Positions 46,370 to 57,360 of a DNA stretch of 64,000 nucleotides are shown piece after piece (positions within the stretch are counted from its first letter, which is position 1; each line of letters opens with the position of its first letter). The translations under genes and the position numbers were made by a program. The DNA is from Christensenella sp. (GTDB lineage: Bacteria > Bacillota > Clostridia > Christensenellales > CAG-138): positions 26,412-90,411 of the forward strand of contig JAYFPQ010000069.1 of the NCBI GenBank assembly GCA_034927595.1, in the 5' to 3' direction. The notes below the pieces were generated by a model that saw only the letters and a program-made list of their open reading frames with translations, did not search any database and was not told the DNA's origin.

Positions 46370-48419
46370 AACCATCCTTGGCCCAAGCGAAAAATGCAAG
46401 TATTGCGGGTTGGACGCGGAGCATTGCGTCTGCGGCAAAAATCCCGCGCGTACCATTCAAACCGCGAAACCCGAACCCGACCCGGACTCCTGCGCGGAGG
46501 GGAGCGTCTGCTCCGTGGCGAACCGAATTGAGCGGCACGAAGCTGCTACCTGCGAGCATTGCAGTCACGACGGCGACCACGACGAGGAGCACGAAGGCGG
46601 CGCGGAGGAAGCGGGCAAGTTCATCGCTATCGGCGTTGCTGCCGCGCTGCTGATTGGCAGTCTCTTTCTCACCGGCTGGGTGCAGATTGCGTTGCGCATT
46701 GCGGCATACCTGCTTTCCGGGTACGAAGTGCTGCTCCGCGCGGGGACGGGGCTACTCAAGAAGCGGTTCTTTGACGAGAACGTACTCATGAGCGTCGCGA
46801 CCATCGGTGCGATTGTGCTGGGGGACTATGCGGAGGCCGCCGCGGTCATGATCTTCTACGGCGTTGGCGAAACCTTGCAGGAAGCGGCGGTGCGCAGCAG
46901 CCGCAAGCGCATTGCGGACGCGGTGGAGCTCCATCCCGATCAGGCGCGCCGCGTTTCGGGCGACGAACAGGAACTGGTCAAGCCGGAGGAGATTGCCGTC
47001 GGGGAGACGATTCTCGTGAAGGTTGGCGAACGGATTCCGCTGGACGGAACGGTCGAAATTGGTGAGAGCCTGCTGGATGTTTCAATGCTGACCGGCGAGC
47101 CGAAACCGCTGCTGGCGAAGGCTGGCGTAGAGGTGTCCGCCGGTGCGGTGAACACGAGTGGGCCGTTGACGATTCGCGTGAGCAGAATTGCGGCAGAGTC
47201 CTCGACGAGCCGCCTGCTACGCGCGGTGGAAGACGCAACGAAGAACAAGCCCGCGATCGAGCGCTTCATTTCGCGCTTCTCACGCTTCTATACGCCTTCC
47301 GTCATCGCCGCGGCGGTGCTGGTCGCCGTGCTGCCGCCGCTCTTTGGCGCGGGTGAGTGGAGCGAATGGATTCGCCGCGCGCTGATCTTTCTCGTGATTT
47401 CCTGCCCCTGCGCGCTGGTGCTCAGCATTCCGCTGACGTTCTTTGCCGGGCTTGGGATTACCTCCCGCGCGGGCGTGCTGCTGAAGGGCGCGGACTCGCT
47501 GGAGCGCCTGCCGCGCGTAAAGGCGGTTGTGCTGGACAAGACCGGCACACTGACCGAGGGCGTGTTTGAGGTGCAGCGCGTGGAAAGCGCGGGATTGCCG
47601 ATCGAGGAATTGCTTGCGCTGGCTTCCGCTGCGGAGCAGCAAAGCCTGCATCCCGTCGCCTCGGCAATTGCTCGGGCACAGACGCGCGGATACACCGCAG
47701 CAAACGTGCAGGAGCTCGCGGGCAAGGGTGTCGTCGCAGAGGTCGACGGGCGGCGCGTTGCGGTTGGCAATCTTGCTTTGATGGAAGAGGAAGGCGCCGC
47801 AACCGATTCCGACGCGAGCGTGCTCGTTGCCGTGGACGGCGCGTATGCAGGCGCAGTCTTCGTTGGAGACCGTGTGCGCGAGAGTGCCAAAGCGGCGATT
47901 GCCGCGTTGGATCGCAGCGTCGGCTACACGGCGATTCTAACCGGGGACGCGGAAGCGGCGGCGCGGGCCGTTGGCAAGCAGGTTGGCGTCTCGGAGGTGT
48001 TTGCCTCGCTCCAGCCCGCGGACAAGCTCCGCGTGATGCGTGAAATTCGGCAAAAGCACGGCAGCACGCTCTTTGTTGGCGACGGAATCAACGACGCGCC
48101 GGTGCTCGCGGGCGCGGACATCGGCATTGCCGTTGGCCTTGGCGGAACCGAGATGGCGGCGGAGGCGGCGGACGCGCTGCTGTTGACGCACGATCTGACG
48201 AGCCTGCCGTTTGCAATTCGCGCGTCGAAACGCACGGTTGCCAAGGCGCGCGAGAACATTGCCATTGCGCTGGGCATCAAGACGATTGCGCTCGTGCTGG
48301 GCGCGCTGGGCATCGCGGGGATGTGGATTGCGATTCTGGCGGACGTCGGCGCCGCGCTCATCTGCGTGGTCAATACGCTGACACTGTTTTGGATCACCCA
48401 TCAGAAACACGCAAGCTGA
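46362..48419 (+). CDS. Heavy-metal P1B-type ATPase (CadA/ZntA-like)
   Basis: TGE, SCPCAL, DKTGTLT, HP, GDGINDAP. Confidence 0.92.
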   Translation: MRRTILGPSEKCKYCGLDAEHCVCGKNPARTIQTAKPEPDPDSCAEGSVCSVANRIERHEAATCEHCSHDGDHDEEHEGGAEEAGKFIAIGVAAALLIGSLFLTGWVQIALRIAAYLLSGYEVLLRAGTGLLKKRFFDENVLMSVATIGAIVLGDYAEAAAVMIFYGVGETLQEAAVRSSRKRIADAVELHPDQARRVSGDEQELVKPEEIAVGETILVKVGERIPLDGTVEIGESLLDVSMLTGEPKPLLAKAGVEVSAGAVNTSGPLTIRVSRIAAESSTSRLLRAVEDATKNKPAIERFISRFSRFYTPSVIAAAVLVAVLPPLFGAGEWSEWIRRALIFLVISCPCALVLSIPLTFFAGLGITSRAGVLLKGADSLERLPRVKAVVLDKTGTLTEGVFEVQRVESAGLPIEELLALASAAEQQSLHPVASAIARAQTRGYTAANVQELAGKGVVAEVDGRRVAVGNLALMEEEGAATDSDASVLVAVDGAYAGAVFVGDRVRESAKAAIAALDRSVGYTAILTGDAEAAARAVGKQVGVSEVFASLQPADKLRVMREIRQKHGSTLFVGDGINDAPVLAGADIGIAVGLGGTEMAAEAADALLLTHDLTSLPFAIRASKRTVAKARENIAIALGIKTIALVLGALGIAGMWIAILADVGAALICVVNTLTLFWITHQKHAS

Positions 48420-48515
48420 ACAACGCATACCTTATATAGAAGAAACACATAAACCCGTTCGTCGAATACCATACGGCGAGCGGGTTCTCATTTGTATTGT
48501 TCCTCGAAATTTACC

Positions 48516-48544
48516 TTGATATTCGAAAACCGCTGTGGTACACT
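48516..48544 (+). promoter_or_regulatory. S10 operon promoter P1
   Basis: TTGATA-17-TACACT with TG extension. Confidence 0.55.
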
Positions 48545-48686
48545 ACGAAAGCGCCAAATTCAGCGAAAAACGAAGGATTTTGGCGAAACGGAAGCAAAAA
48601 ACACTTTATTCGAGTCTGTTGCCGAAATACGGCGGTTCCATCGATCTGGTTCGAAGAAAAAACACGCCAAATTCTGAAAATTCTTC

Positions 48687-48715
48687 TTGCAATCCTGTAA
48701 TCGAGCATGTAAAAT
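48687..48715 (+). promoter_or_regulatory. S10 operon promoter P2
   Basis: TTGCAA-17-TAAAAT. Confidence 0.65.
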
Positions 48716-48964
48716 AAGACTGTTCGCGCCGTAAGCGCAGGTTTTCGCGCGCGGACAGGGATGAACGGGAGGTTGCCGGTTCTTGCCATCCGGGTAATTT
48801 CCGCTCAGACCCAGCGTCCAAAATCAGGACGAGGGCGTCAAACGCGAGGCAATTCGTGCAGTCCCGAACAAGCAAACGCACAGCCGGAAGGCTGCGCATG
48901 TCTTATGAAGAAGGAAACACACGGCCTTGTGTACCGCCGATCAAGTAAGGAGGAATTCAATCAT

Positions 48965-49270
48965 ATGGCAAACAGAATTCGCATCAAGCTCAAGGCGTAT
49001 GAAAGCTCTCTGATTGACCAGAGCGCGGAGAAGATCGTTGAAACCGCCAAGAGAACCGGAGCACAGATCAGCGGACCGATTCCGCTCCCCACGGAGAAGG
49101 AAATCGTTACCATTCTGCGCGCAACCCATAAGTATAAGGATTCCCGCGAACAATTCGAGATGCGTACCCACAAGCGTCTGATCGACATTCTCCAGCCGTC
49201 TTCCAAGACCGTTGACGCGCTGATGAAGCTTGATCTCCCCGCCGGTGTCGACATCGAGATCAAACTGTAA
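48965..49270 (+). CDS. rpsJ: 30S ribosomal protein S10
   Basis: [25 protein letters not shown]. Confidence 0.98.
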   Translation: MANRIRIKLKAYESSLIDQSAEKIVETAKRTGAQISGPIPLPTEKEIVTILRATHKYKDSREQFEMRTHKRLIDILQPSSKTVDALMKLDLPAGVDIEIKL

Positions 49271-49285
49271 CCATCGGAGGTAAAC

Positions 49286-49912
49286 ATGAAGAAAGCCATT
49301 TTGGGCAAAAAGATCGGTATGACGCAGATGTTCCGCACTGACGGTACCATGATCCCAGTGACAGTCATCGAAGCCGGTCCCTGCCCCGTAGTTCAGAAGA
49401 AGACCGTCGGGACCGACGGGTATGAAGCCGTTCAGGTTGGCTTTGGCGAACTTCGCGAGAAGCTCTCCAACAAACCCAGAACGGGTCACTTTGCCAAAGC
49501 GGGCGTGAAACCCCTCCGTTATATGAGAGAGTTCAAGCTCGAAGACGCAGCCAGCTACGAAGTTGGTCAGGTCATCAAAGCGGACGTCTTCGCCGAAGGC
49601 GATAAGATCGACGTTCGTGGCATCAGCAAGGGCAAGGGCTTTCAGGGCGTCGTGAAGCGTTGGAATCAGGCCCGCGGCAAGATGACGCATGGTTCGCACT
49701 TCCATCGTGCCCCCGGTTCGATGAGCGCGAACTCGAGCCCGTCGCGCGTGTTCAAGCACAAGAACCTTCCGGGTCACATGGGCAACGTTACCGTTACCGT
49801 GCAGAACCTCGAAGTCGTGCGCGTCGACGCGGAGCGCAATCTGCTGCTCGTCAAAGGCGCGGTTCCCGGCCCGAAGGGCGGCCTCGTCGCTCTAACGAGC
49901 ACCGTGAAGTAA
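49286..49912 (+). CDS. rplC: 50S ribosomal protein L3
   Basis: [17 protein letters not shown]. Confidence 0.98.
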   Translation: MKKAILGKKIGMTQMFRTDGTMIPVTVIEAGPCPVVQKKTVGTDGYEAVQVGFGELREKLSNKPRTGHFAKAGVKPLRYMREFKLEDAASYEVGQVIKADVFAEGDKIDVRGISKGKGFQGVVKRWNQARGKMTHGSHFHRAPGSMSANSSPSRVFKHKNLPGHMGNVTVTVQNLEVVRVDAERNLLLVKGAVPGPKGGLVALTSTVK

Positions 49913-49926
49913 GGAGGAGCAAGAGA

Positions 49927-50547
49927 ATGCCAACAGTAGCAATGGTCGACATCACCGGCAAAAAGGTCGGTGAGTATGAGCTCTCCGAAGCCACGTTCGG
50001 ACAGCCCGTCAATCAATATGTATTACATGAGGTCGTCAAAGCGCATCTGGCCAACTGCCGTCAGGGCACGCAGAGCGCGCTGACCCGCTCGGAAGTCTCC
50101 GGCGGCGGCATCAAGCCCTGGCGTCAAAAGGGCACCGGCCGTGCCCGTCAGGGTTCCACCCGTTCGCCCCAGTGGCGTCACGGCGGCGTGGTGTTCGCAC
50201 CGAAGCCCCGCGACTACACGATCCGCGTGAACAAGAAGGTCAAGCGTCTCGCGATGAAGTCCGCGCTCTCCGGCAAGGTGCTGGAGAACGACCTGATCCT
50301 CTTCAACGAGATCAACCTCAAAGCGGCCAAGACCAAAGAGATGGTCAAGGCGCTCGAAGCGATCAAGGTCAACAAGGCGCTCATCGTTCTGCCGGAACCG
50401 AACGAAGTGGTGGAACGCGCCGCGCGCAACATCCCCGGCGTCAAGACGACGCTCGTCGGCACCCTGAACGCGTACGAGATTCTCAAGTATAAAACGCTGA
50501 TCCTCACCGAGGCGTCGGCAAAGAAGATCGAGGAGGTGTACGCCTGA
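49927..50547 (+). CDS. rplD: 50S ribosomal protein L4
   Basis: KPWRQKGTGRAR. Confidence 0.98.
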   Translation: MPTVAMVDITGKKVGEYELSEATFGQPVNQYVLHEVVKAHLANCRQGTQSALTRSEVSGGGIKPWRQKGTGRARQGSTRSPQWRHGGVVFAPKPRDYTIRVNKKVKRLAMKSALSGKVLENDLILFNEINLKAAKTKEMVKALEAIKVNKALIVLPEPNEVVERAARNIPGVKTTLVGTLNAYEILKYKTLILTEASAKKIEEVYA

Positions 50548-50843
50548 TGAAGAGCGCATATGACATCATCAAAAAGCCGGTGCTGACGGAAAAAACCTAC
50601 GATCAGTTCCCCGGCCGGACCTACACGTTCGAAGTGGCCAAGACCGCCAACAAGATCGAAATCAAGAAGGCAGTCGAAGAGATCTTTGGCGTTGCGGTTG
50701 CAAGCGTGCACACGGTCAACAGCGACGGCAAGATGCGCCGCCAGGGCAACAGCCAGGGCCGCACCCCGTCCAGCAAAAAGGCCTACGTGAAGCTGAAGGA
50801 GGACTCCAAGGGTATTGAGTTCTTCGACAGCATCTCGCAGTAA
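50547..50843 (+). CDS. rplW: 50S ribosomal protein L23
   Basis: PVLTEK, ANKIEIK, KKAYV. Confidence 0.97.
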   Translation: MKSAYDIIKKPVLTEKTYDQFPGRTYTFEVAKTANKIEIKKAVEEIFGVAVASVHTVNSDGKMRRQGNSQGRTPSSKKAYVKLKEDSKGIEFFDSISQ

Positions 50844-50855
50844 GGAGGACGAACC

Positions 50856-51689
50856 ATGGGTATCCGTAAGATTAACCCGATTACGCCGTGCCAGCGCTTC
50901 ATGACGGTATCCTCGTTTGAGGAGATTACAAGGACAACGCCGGAACGCTCGCTGCTCGAAGATAAGAAGAAGAATGCCGGCCGCAACAACACCGGCAAGA
51001 TCACGATTCGCCACCAGGGCGGTGGCGCGCGCCAGAAGTACCGCATCATCGACTTCAAGCGCAACAAGGACAACGTCCCCGCGAAGGTCTTCTCGATTGA
51101 GTACGACCCGAACCGCTCGGCCAACATTGCCCTTCTGCACTATGCAGACGGCGAAAAGCGCTACATCATCGCTCCGCTCGGCCTGACGGTCGGCGAAACG
51201 ATCATCTCCGGCGAAACCGCGGACATCAAGGTTGGAAACGCTCTGCCGATCGCCAACATCCCGGTTGGCACGATGATCCACTGCATCGAGCTCAAGCCCG
51301 GCAAGGGCGCGCAGCTGGTCCGCTCTGCGGGCAACGCCGCGCAGCTCATGGCAAAGGAAGGCGCCTATGCGCAGGTTCGCCTGCCCAGCGGCGAAGTCCG
51401 CCTGATCCCGATGAACGCTAAGGCCACGATCGGCCAAGTCGGCAACATCGACCACGCGAACATCCAGATCGGCAAAGCCGGCCGCAAGCGCCACATGGGC
51501 GTCCGCCCGACGGTTCGCGGCAGCGTCATGAACCCCTGCGACCACCCGCACGGCGGCGGCGAAGGCAAGAGCCCGATCGGCAAACCCGGCCCGGTCACCC
51601 CGTGGGGCAAGCCCGCGCTTGGTTACAAGACGCGCAAGCATAAGAACCCGACGAACAAGTACATCTTACGCCGTGGCAGCGGTAAGTAA
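50856..51689 (+). CDS. rplB: 50S ribosomal protein L2
   Basis: [20 protein letters not shown]. Confidence 0.98.
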   Translation: MGIRKINPITPCQRFMTVSSFEEITRTTPERSLLEDKKKNAGRNNTGKITIRHQGGGARQKYRIIDFKRNKDNVPAKVFSIEYDPNRSANIALLHYADGEKRYIIAPLGLTVGETIISGETADIKVGNALPIANIPVGTMIHCIELKPGKGAQLVRSAGNAAQLMAKEGAYAQVRLPSGEVRLIPMNAKATIGQVGNIDHANIQIGKAGRKRHMGVRPTVRGSVMNPCDHPHGGGEGKSPIGKPGPVTPWGKPALGYKTRKHKNPTNKYILRRGSGK

Positions 51690-51712
51690 TGGGAAGGGGA
51701 AGGAGATAAACA

Positions 51713-51994
51713 ATGAGCAGATCGGTTAAAAAAGGCCCGTTTATCAGCGAACGCCTCCTGGGGCGCATTCAGGCGATGAACGCGAGCGGAAAAAAGACCG
51801 TCGTCAAGACATGGTCTCGCGCCTCTACCATTTATCCCGAGATGGTTGGACATACCATCGCGGTACATGACGGAAAGAAGCACGTGCCCGTGTATGTAAC
51901 CGAGGAAATGGTCGGCCATAAACTGGGCGAATTCGCGCCCACGCGCACGTTCAGAGGACACAGGGGCTCCGAGAAGTCCTCGTCCGCGAAGTAA
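51713..51994 (+). CDS. rpsS: 30S ribosomal protein S19
   Basis: [13 protein letters not shown]. Confidence 0.98.
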   Translation: MSRSVKKGPFISERLLGRIQAMNASGKKTVVKTWSRASTIYPEMVGHTIAVHDGKKHVPVYVTEEMVGHKLGEFAPTRTFRGHRGSEKSSSAK

Positions 51995-52010
51995 GGAGGA
52001 ACGAAGCAAA

Positions 52011-52397
52011 ATGGCAACCAGAATGAGAGAAAAGTCGGCCAAGCGTTCGGCCAACGCCGACAAGCGCCCGCACGCGACCGCAAAATATATCCGCATCTCT
52101 TCGCGCAAGGTGAAGGCCGTGATCGACCTGATCCGCGGCAAGAGCGTCAAGTAAGCCGAAGCCATTCTGACCTACACGCCGAAAGCGGCGACCGAACCGG
52201 TGGCGAAGCTCCTCAAGAGCGCAATTGCGAACGCGGAAAACAACCTGGACATGAGCCGCGAAGAGCTCTACGTCGCTGAGATCTACGCCAATCAGGGCCC
52301 GACCCTGAAGCGGTTCCGGCCGAGAGCACATGGCCGCGCGAGTGCAATCCACAAGCGCACGAGCCACATCACGGTCGTTCTGGATCAGGCGAAGTAA
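52011..52397 (+). pseudogene. rplV: 50S ribosomal protein L22 interrupted by in-frame TAA at 52152-52154 (probably a sequence error)
   Basis: One frame reads ...IRISSRKV...IRGKSVK*AEAIL...SAIANAENN...KRTSHITV. Confidence 0.9.
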
Positions 52398-52411
52398 GGA
52401 GGAAATGAGTA

Positions 52412-53083
52412 ATGGGTCAAAAAGTTAATCCGAACGGCTTCCGCGTCGGTGTCATCAAAGATTGGAACACCCGTTGGTACGCCTCCAAGAAGGACTTCGC
52501 CGATTTCCTCGTCGAGGATCGCAAGATTCGCGACTTCGTGAAGAAGAAGTACTACCTGGCCAGCATTTCGCGCATCGAGATCGATCGCGCGGCGGGCAAG
52601 ATCACGGTGAGCATCTTCACCGCGCGCCCCGGCCTTCTCATCGGCAAGGGCGGCACGGGAATCGAGACGATCAAGGAAGACATCAAGAAGGTGATCGGCA
52701 AGGACGTGAACGTCAACATCATGGAAATCCGTGATGCGGACGCAGACGCGCAGCTGGTTGCGGAAAACATCGCGTCCCAGCTCGAGAAGCGCATCAGCTT
52801 CCGCCGCGCCTTGAAGCAGGCGATGGGTCGCGCCATGCAGAAGAACAGCGTCAAGGGAATTAAGCTCATGGTCTCCGGCCGTCTGGGCGGCGCGGAAATC
52901 GCGCGCAGCGAAGGCTACCACGACGGTTCCATCCCGCTGCAGACCATGCGCGCGGACATCCAGTATGGTTTCGCGGAAGCGAAGACCACCTACGGCCGCA
53001 TCGGCTGCAAGGTCTGGATTTACAAGGGCGAGCTGCTCGGCAAGCGCAAGGCTTCCGAAAAGCGTGAGGAAGGGGGCAAATAA
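52412..53083 (+). CDS. rpsC: 30S ribosomal protein S3
   Basis: [21 protein letters not shown]. Confidence 0.98.
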   Translation: MGQKVNPNGFRVGVIKDWNTRWYASKKDFADFLVEDRKIRDFVKKKYYLASISRIEIDRAAGKITVSIFTARPGLLIGKGGTGIETIKEDIKKVIGKDVNVNIMEIRDADADAQLVAENIASQLEKRISFRRALKQAMGRAMQKNSVKGIKLMVSGRLGGAEIARSEGYHDGSIPLQTMRADIQYGFAEAKTTYGRIGCKVWIYKGELLGKRKASEKREEGGK

Positions 53084-53085
53084 CC

Positions 53086-53526
53086 ATGTTGATGCCAAAG
53101 AGAGTAAAACGCCGCAAGGTTTTCCGCGGCCGCATGAAGGGCAAAGCAACCCGCGGCAACACGATTACCTACGGTGAATATGGCTTAGTGGCGATGGAGC
53201 CCTGCTGGGTGACCAGCCAACAGATCGAGGCGGCGCGTGTCGCGATGACGCGTTACATCAAGCGTGGCGGCCAGGTCTGGATCAAGATTTTCCCGGACAA
53301 GCCGGTTACCGAAAAGCCAGCCGAAACCCGCATGGGCAGCGGCAAGGGCTCCCCGGAATACTGGGTTGCTGTAGTCAAGCCGGGTCGTGTTCTCTTTGAG
53401 ATCGCCGGCGTGGAACAGGAGGAAGCAAGCGAGGCGCTCCGTCTTGCGATGCATAAACTCCCGCTGAAATGCAAAGTGATCAAGAAGGAAACCGAAAAGG
53501 GTGGTGAAACCGATGAAGGCAAATAA
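53086..53526 (+). CDS. rplP: 50S ribosomal protein L16
   Basis: RMGSGKG. Confidence 0.98.
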   Translation: MLMPKRVKRRKVFRGRMKGKATRGNTITYGEYGLVAMEPCWVTSQQIEAARVAMTRYIKRGGQVWIKIFPDKPVTEKPAETRMGSGKGSPEYWVAVVKPGRVLFEIAGVEQEEASEALRLAMHKLPLKCKVIKKETEKGGETDEGK

Positions 53527-53716
53527 GTTTCGCGATATGACAAACGACGCCCTTACCGCTCAGGAAAAAGAGCTTAAGAGCGAACTGTTCAATCTTCGCT
53601 TTCAGTCGGCTACCGGCGGTCTGACCAACCCGAACCGCATCAGCGAGTGCAAGAAGGACATTGCCAGAGTGAAAACGATTCTCCGCGAGCGCGAGCTTGC
53701 GAAGGTCGCCGAGTGA
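53513..53716 (+). CDS. rpmC: 50S ribosomal protein L29
   Basis: [17 protein letters not shown]. Confidence 0.95.
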   Translation: MKANKFRDMTNDALTAQEKELKSELFNLRFQSATGGLTNPNRISECKKDIARVKTILRERELAKVAE

Positions 53717-53736
53717 CGGGAAGGAGGACAGTGAAG

Positions 53737-53994
53737 ATGGAACAAAGAGGATACAGAAAGACCCGTATCGGCGTGGTCGTCAGCGATAAAATGGATAAGA
53801 CGGCTGTCGTCGCCATCAAGACAAAGGTTCGCCACCCGTTGTATGGAAAAATGGTCAACCGCACCCGGAAGTTTAAGGTTCACGACGAAGAGAACCAGTG
53901 CGGCATTGGCGATACCGTCAAGATCATGGAAACGCGCCCCATCAGCAAGGACAAGCGGTGGCGCCTCGTCGAGATCGTCGAAAAGGCGAAGTAA
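53737..53994 (+). CDS. rpsQ: 30S ribosomal protein S17
   Basis: [18 protein letters not shown]. Confidence 0.97.
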   Translation: MEQRGYRKTRIGVVVSDKMDKTAVVAIKTKVRHPLYGKMVNRTRKFKVHDEENQCGIGDTVKIMETRPISKDKRWRLVEIVEKAK

Positions 53995-54014
53995 CGATTG
54001 GAGGAACTGGAAAG

Positions 54015-54383
54015 ATGATTCAACCGCAAACCAGATTAAAGGTCGCGGACAACAGCGGCGCGAAGGAAATCATGTGCATTCGCGTGCTGGGCGGTTCCTA
54101 CCGTAAGTCCGCCAATATCGGCGACGTGATCGTGGCCAGCGTCAAGTCCGCTTCGCCGGGCGGCGCTGTGAAAAAGAAGGACGTCGTTCGCGCGGTCGTC
54201 GTGCGCACGGTGTTTGGCATTCAGCGTCCGGACGGAAGCTATATCCGCTTCGACGACAATGCCGCCGTCATTATCAACGACCAGAAGCAGCCCCGCGGCA
54301 CCCGTATCTTTGGGCCCGTGGCGCGTGAACTCCGTGAGAAGGACTATATGAAGATCGTGTCCCTCGCACCGGAAGTACTGTAA
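54015..54383 (+). CDS. rplN: 50S ribosomal protein L14
   Basis: [16 protein letters not shown]. Confidence 0.98.
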   Translation: MIQPQTRLKVADNSGAKEIMCIRVLGGSYRKSANIGDVIVASVKSASPGGAVKKKDVVRAVVVRTVFGIQRPDGSYIRFDDNAAVIINDQKQPRGTRIFGPVARELREKDYMKIVSLAPEVL

Positions 54384-54397
54384 AGGAGGAGCATGAC

Positions 54398-54739
54398 ATG
54401 AGCAGTTTGAACGTCAAAAAAGGCGATACCGTCGTTGTCATCTCCGGCAAAGACAAGGGCAAAAAGGGTAAAATCCTGGTTGCGCATCCCGATGACGAGC
54501 GCGTGGTCGTTCAGAACGCCGCGATGGTTACCCGTCACGTGAAGCCCCGCAAGCAGGGACAGCCCGGCGGCCGCATCGAGCAGGAAAGCGCGATTCACGC
54601 TTCCAACGTGATGCTCGTTTGCCCGAAGTGCGACAAGCCCACCCGCGTCGCTCACAAGACCAAGGAAGTCGAGATCTCGGGCGAGAAGAAGCAAAAGAGC
54701 GTCCGCGTTTGCAAAAAATGCGGCAAGGTAATGGATTAA
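54398..54739 (+). CDS. rplX: 50S ribosomal protein L24
   Basis: VKKGDTVVVISGKDKGK. Confidence 0.97.
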   Translation: MSSLNVKKGDTVVVISGKDKGKKGKILVAHPDDERVVVQNAAMVTRHVKPRKQGQPGGRIEQESAIHASNVMLVCPKCDKPTRVAHKTKEVEISGEKKQKSVRVCKKCGKVMD

Positions 54740-54760
54740 GGCGGAAGGAGGAACTGACAA

Positions 54761-55708
54761 GTGGCAACAAAAAAGGACATTGAAACCGTCGTCGACGCCG
54801 TGGAAGCAGCAGCCGAAACGGTTACCAAAGAAGTAAAGAAAGCCGCGAAGAAGGCAGCTCCGAAGGCCGCCGAAGCAGCAGAAGCGGTTGAAAAGACCGT
54901 GAAGAAGGCCGTTAAGGAAACCGCGGAAGCGGCTGCCGAAACCGCCGAAAAAGCGGAAAAGGCCGTCAAGAAGACCGCCAAAGCCGCCGCCGAAACCGCC
55001 GAAAAAGCGGTGGAAGCCGTGAGCGAAGCCGCCGCGGAAACCGTAGCCAAAGCTGCGGGCGCCGTGAAGGAAGCCGCCGCGAAGGTCGAGAAGAAGGCAG
55101 ACGCCTCCAAGCCCGCCGCGAAGAAGGCAAAGGGCCCGCAGGCGGACATGAAGAAACTCGAAGGCATGCCGCGCATGAAGAGACGCTACCTCGATGAGGT
55201 TGCACCGTCGATGCGCGAGAAGTTCAATTACAAGAACGTCATGCAGATTCCGGGTCTCGAAAAGGTAATCATCAACATGGGTCTCGGTTCCGACAAGGAA
55301 AACCCCAAGGGAATCGAAGCCGCAATCAAGGAACTCGGCACGATCGCCGGCCAGAAAGCCGTCGTCACCCGCGCTAAGAAGAGCGTTGCGAACTTTAAGG
55401 TTCGCGAAGGCATGACCATCGGCGCGAAGGTTACGCTCCGTGGCGACCGGATGTACTACTTTGTCGATAAGCTCTTCAACATCGTCCTGCCCCGCGTGCG
55501 CGACTTCCACGGCGTGTCCGACAAAGCGTTTGACGGCCGCGGCAACTACGCCCTCGGTCTCAAGGAACAGCTGATCTTCCCCGAGATCAACTACGATGAC
55601 ATCGATAAGACACGCGGCATGAACATCGTGTTCGTGACCAGCGCCAAGACGGACGAAGAATGCAAAGAGCTGCTCACCCAGCTCGGCATGCCGTTTGTAC
55701 AGGGCTGA
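54761..55708 (+). CDS. rplE: 50S ribosomal protein L5 with ~135-aa Ala/Lys/Glu-rich N-terminal extension
   Basis: L5 core starts at MPRMK (55166); upstream in-frame GTG at 54761 has a GGAAGGAGG RBS. Confidence 0.9.
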   Translation: MATKKDIETVVDAVEAAAETVTKEVKKAAKKAAPKAAEAAEAVEKTVKKAVKETAEAAAETAEKAEKAVKKTAKAAAETAEKAVEAVSEAAAETVAKAAGAVKEAAAKVEKKADASKPAAKKAKGPQADMKKLEGMPRMKRRYLDEVAPSMREKFNYKNVMQIPGLEKVIINMGLGSDKENPKGIEAAIKELGTIAGQKAVVTRAKKSVANFKVREGMTIGAKVTLRGDRMYYFVDKLFNIVLPRVRDFHGVSDKAFDGRGNYALGLKEQLIFPEINYDDIDKTRGMNIVFVTSAKTDEECKELLTQLGMPFVQG

Positions 55709-55725
55709 AAAGGGAGGATAGCGAT

Positions 55726-55911
55726 ATGGCAAAGTTAAGCATGAAGTTAAAACAGGCGCGCGAACCGAAGTTCAGCACCCGTGGCTACACCCGCTGCCGC
55801 ATCTGCGGCAGGCCCCACTCGGTTTTGCGCAAGTATGGCGTCTGCCGCATTTGCTTCCGCGAACTCGCGTATAAGGGCGAAATTCCCGGCGTACGCAAGG
55901 CAAGCTGGTAA
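55726..55911 (+). CDS. rpsZ: 30S ribosomal protein S14 type Z (zinc-binding)
   Basis: RCRICGR...CRICFR. Confidence 0.97.
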   Translation: MAKLSMKLKQAREPKFSTRGYTRCRICGRPHSVLRKYGVCRICFRELAYKGEIPGVRKASW

Positions 55912-55925
55912 AGGAGGAAACGAAC

Positions 55926-56318
55926 ATGACAGATACCATTGCCGATATGCTCACCCGTATCCGCAACGCTTTGATCGCAAAGCACGACTCCGTCGAGATC
56001 CCCGCCTCCACGATGAAGAAGGCCATCGCGCAGATTCTCGTTGACGAGGGATACATCAAGAGCTTTGAGGTCATTGCCGACGGCGAGAAGAAGACGATTC
56101 GAATTCAACTCAAGTACGGCCAGAACAAGCAGCGCGTCATCGTTGGCATCAAGCGCATCTCCCGCCCCGGTCTTCGCGTTTACGCGCGTAAGGACGAAAT
56201 GCCTAAAGTGCTCGGCGGCCTGGGAATCGCGATTGTTTCCACCTCGCGCGGCGTTATGACCGACCGCGAAGCGCGCAAACAGGGCGTTGGCGGCGAAGTG
56301 CTGGCTTACGTTTGGTAA
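55926..56318 (+). CDS. rpsH: 30S ribosomal protein S8
   Basis: [16 protein letters not shown]. Confidence 0.98.
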   Translation: MTDTIADMLTRIRNALIAKHDSVEIPASTMKKAIAQILVDEGYIKSFEVIADGEKKTIRIQLKYGQNKQRVIVGIKRISRPGLRVYARKDEMPKVLGGLGIAIVSTSRGVMTDREARKQGVGGEVLAYVW

Positions 56319-56418
56319 GAATCAGGAGCGGATGCCTCGTTTTGATCCGAAACCGCTGGTTTTTAGGAACAAAACGGACGTCCGCGCCCGCATGAAATAC
56401 GAAAAGGAGTAAACTACA

Positions 56419-56958
56419 ATGTCTCGTATCGGAAAACTTCCGGTCAGCATTCCTGCCGGAGTGACAATCACGGTCGCAGACGACAACGTCGTCACCGTGA
56501 AAGGTCCGAAGGGCACGCTCAGCGAGAAGGTCTCTTCGGAAATGCTGCTCGAGCAGGACGCCGGTGTTCTCACCGTGAAACGTCCCAGTGACGACAAGCG
56601 CCACCGTTCGCTGCACGGCCTTAGCCGCACGCTCATCAACAACATGGTTGTTGGCACGACGACCGGCTTCGAAAAGAAGCTCGAAATCGTTGGCGTCGGT
56701 TACAAGGCTCAGATGCAGGGCACGATGCTGGTCATCAACGTCGGTTACTCGCATCCCGTCAACGTTCCGGCGCCCGAAGGCATCAGCTTCGAAGTGCCCG
56801 CGCCGACGAAGATCACGGTAAAAGGCATCAACAAGCAGAAGGTTGGCCAGACGGCAGCCGATATCCGCGCGGTGCGTCCGCCCGAACCCTACAAGGGCAC
56901 AGGCATTCGCTCTGAGAACGAGGTCGTTCGCCGCACGGAAGGCAAGACCGGGAAGTAA
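56419..56958 (+). CDS. rplF: 50S ribosomal protein L6
   Basis: [19 protein letters not shown]. Confidence 0.98.
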   Translation: MSRIGKLPVSIPAGVTITVADDNVVTVKGPKGTLSEKVSSEMLLEQDAGVLTVKRPSDDKRHRSLHGLSRTLINNMVVGTTTGFEKKLEIVGVGYKAQMQGTMLVINVGYSHPVNVPAPEGISFEVPAPTKITVKGINKQKVGQTAADIRAVRPPEPYKGTGIRSENEVVRRTEGKTGK

Positions 56959-56979
56959 AGCAGGAAGGAGTGACAAAAG

Positions 56980-57348
56980 ATGTTTAAAATGATCGATAAA
57001 AACGCGATTCGCGTCGCTCGTCATTATCGCCAGCGCAAGAACATCGTGGGTACGCCGGAGCGTCCGCGTTTGAACGTTTACCGCAGCACGACCCACATCT
57101 ACGCGCAGGTGATCGACGATACCGTTGGAAACACCTTGGTCGCAGCTTCCACGCTGGACGCCGAAATCAAGGGCAAGCTCGAGGGCAAGAACAAGGTGGA
57201 GCAGGCCACGATCGTGGGGGAACTCGTCGGATCGCGCGCCAAAGCCAAGGGGGTTACCAAGGTTGTGTTCGACCGCGGAGGTTACCTCTACACCGGGCGT
57301 GTGGCTGCTCTTGCGGACGGCGCTCGCAAATCCGGGCTGGACTTCTAA
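56980..57348 (+). CDS. rplR: 50S ribosomal protein L18
   Basis: [16 protein letters not shown]. Confidence 0.98.
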   Translation: MFKMIDKNAIRVARHYRQRKNIVGTPERPRLNVYRSTTHIYAQVIDDTVGNTLVAASTLDAEIKGKLEGKNKVEQATIVGELVGSRAKAKGVTKVVFDRGGYLYTGRVAALADGARKSGLDF

Positions 57349-57360
57349 GGAGGACCGAAC

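Noticed and set aside
52011-52397. Stop-codon reassignment (TAA read as an amino acid)
   Set aside because: TAA is the normal stop of many intact genes here (rpsJ, rplC, rpsS, rpsC), no other gene has an internal TAA, and other error-like transversions occur nearby.
54780-55140. Repeated GCCGAAACCGCCGAAAAAGCG units as a CRISPR or DNA repeat
   Set aside because: The units are degenerate, in-frame coding repeats with no constant repeat-spacer period and no cas genes.
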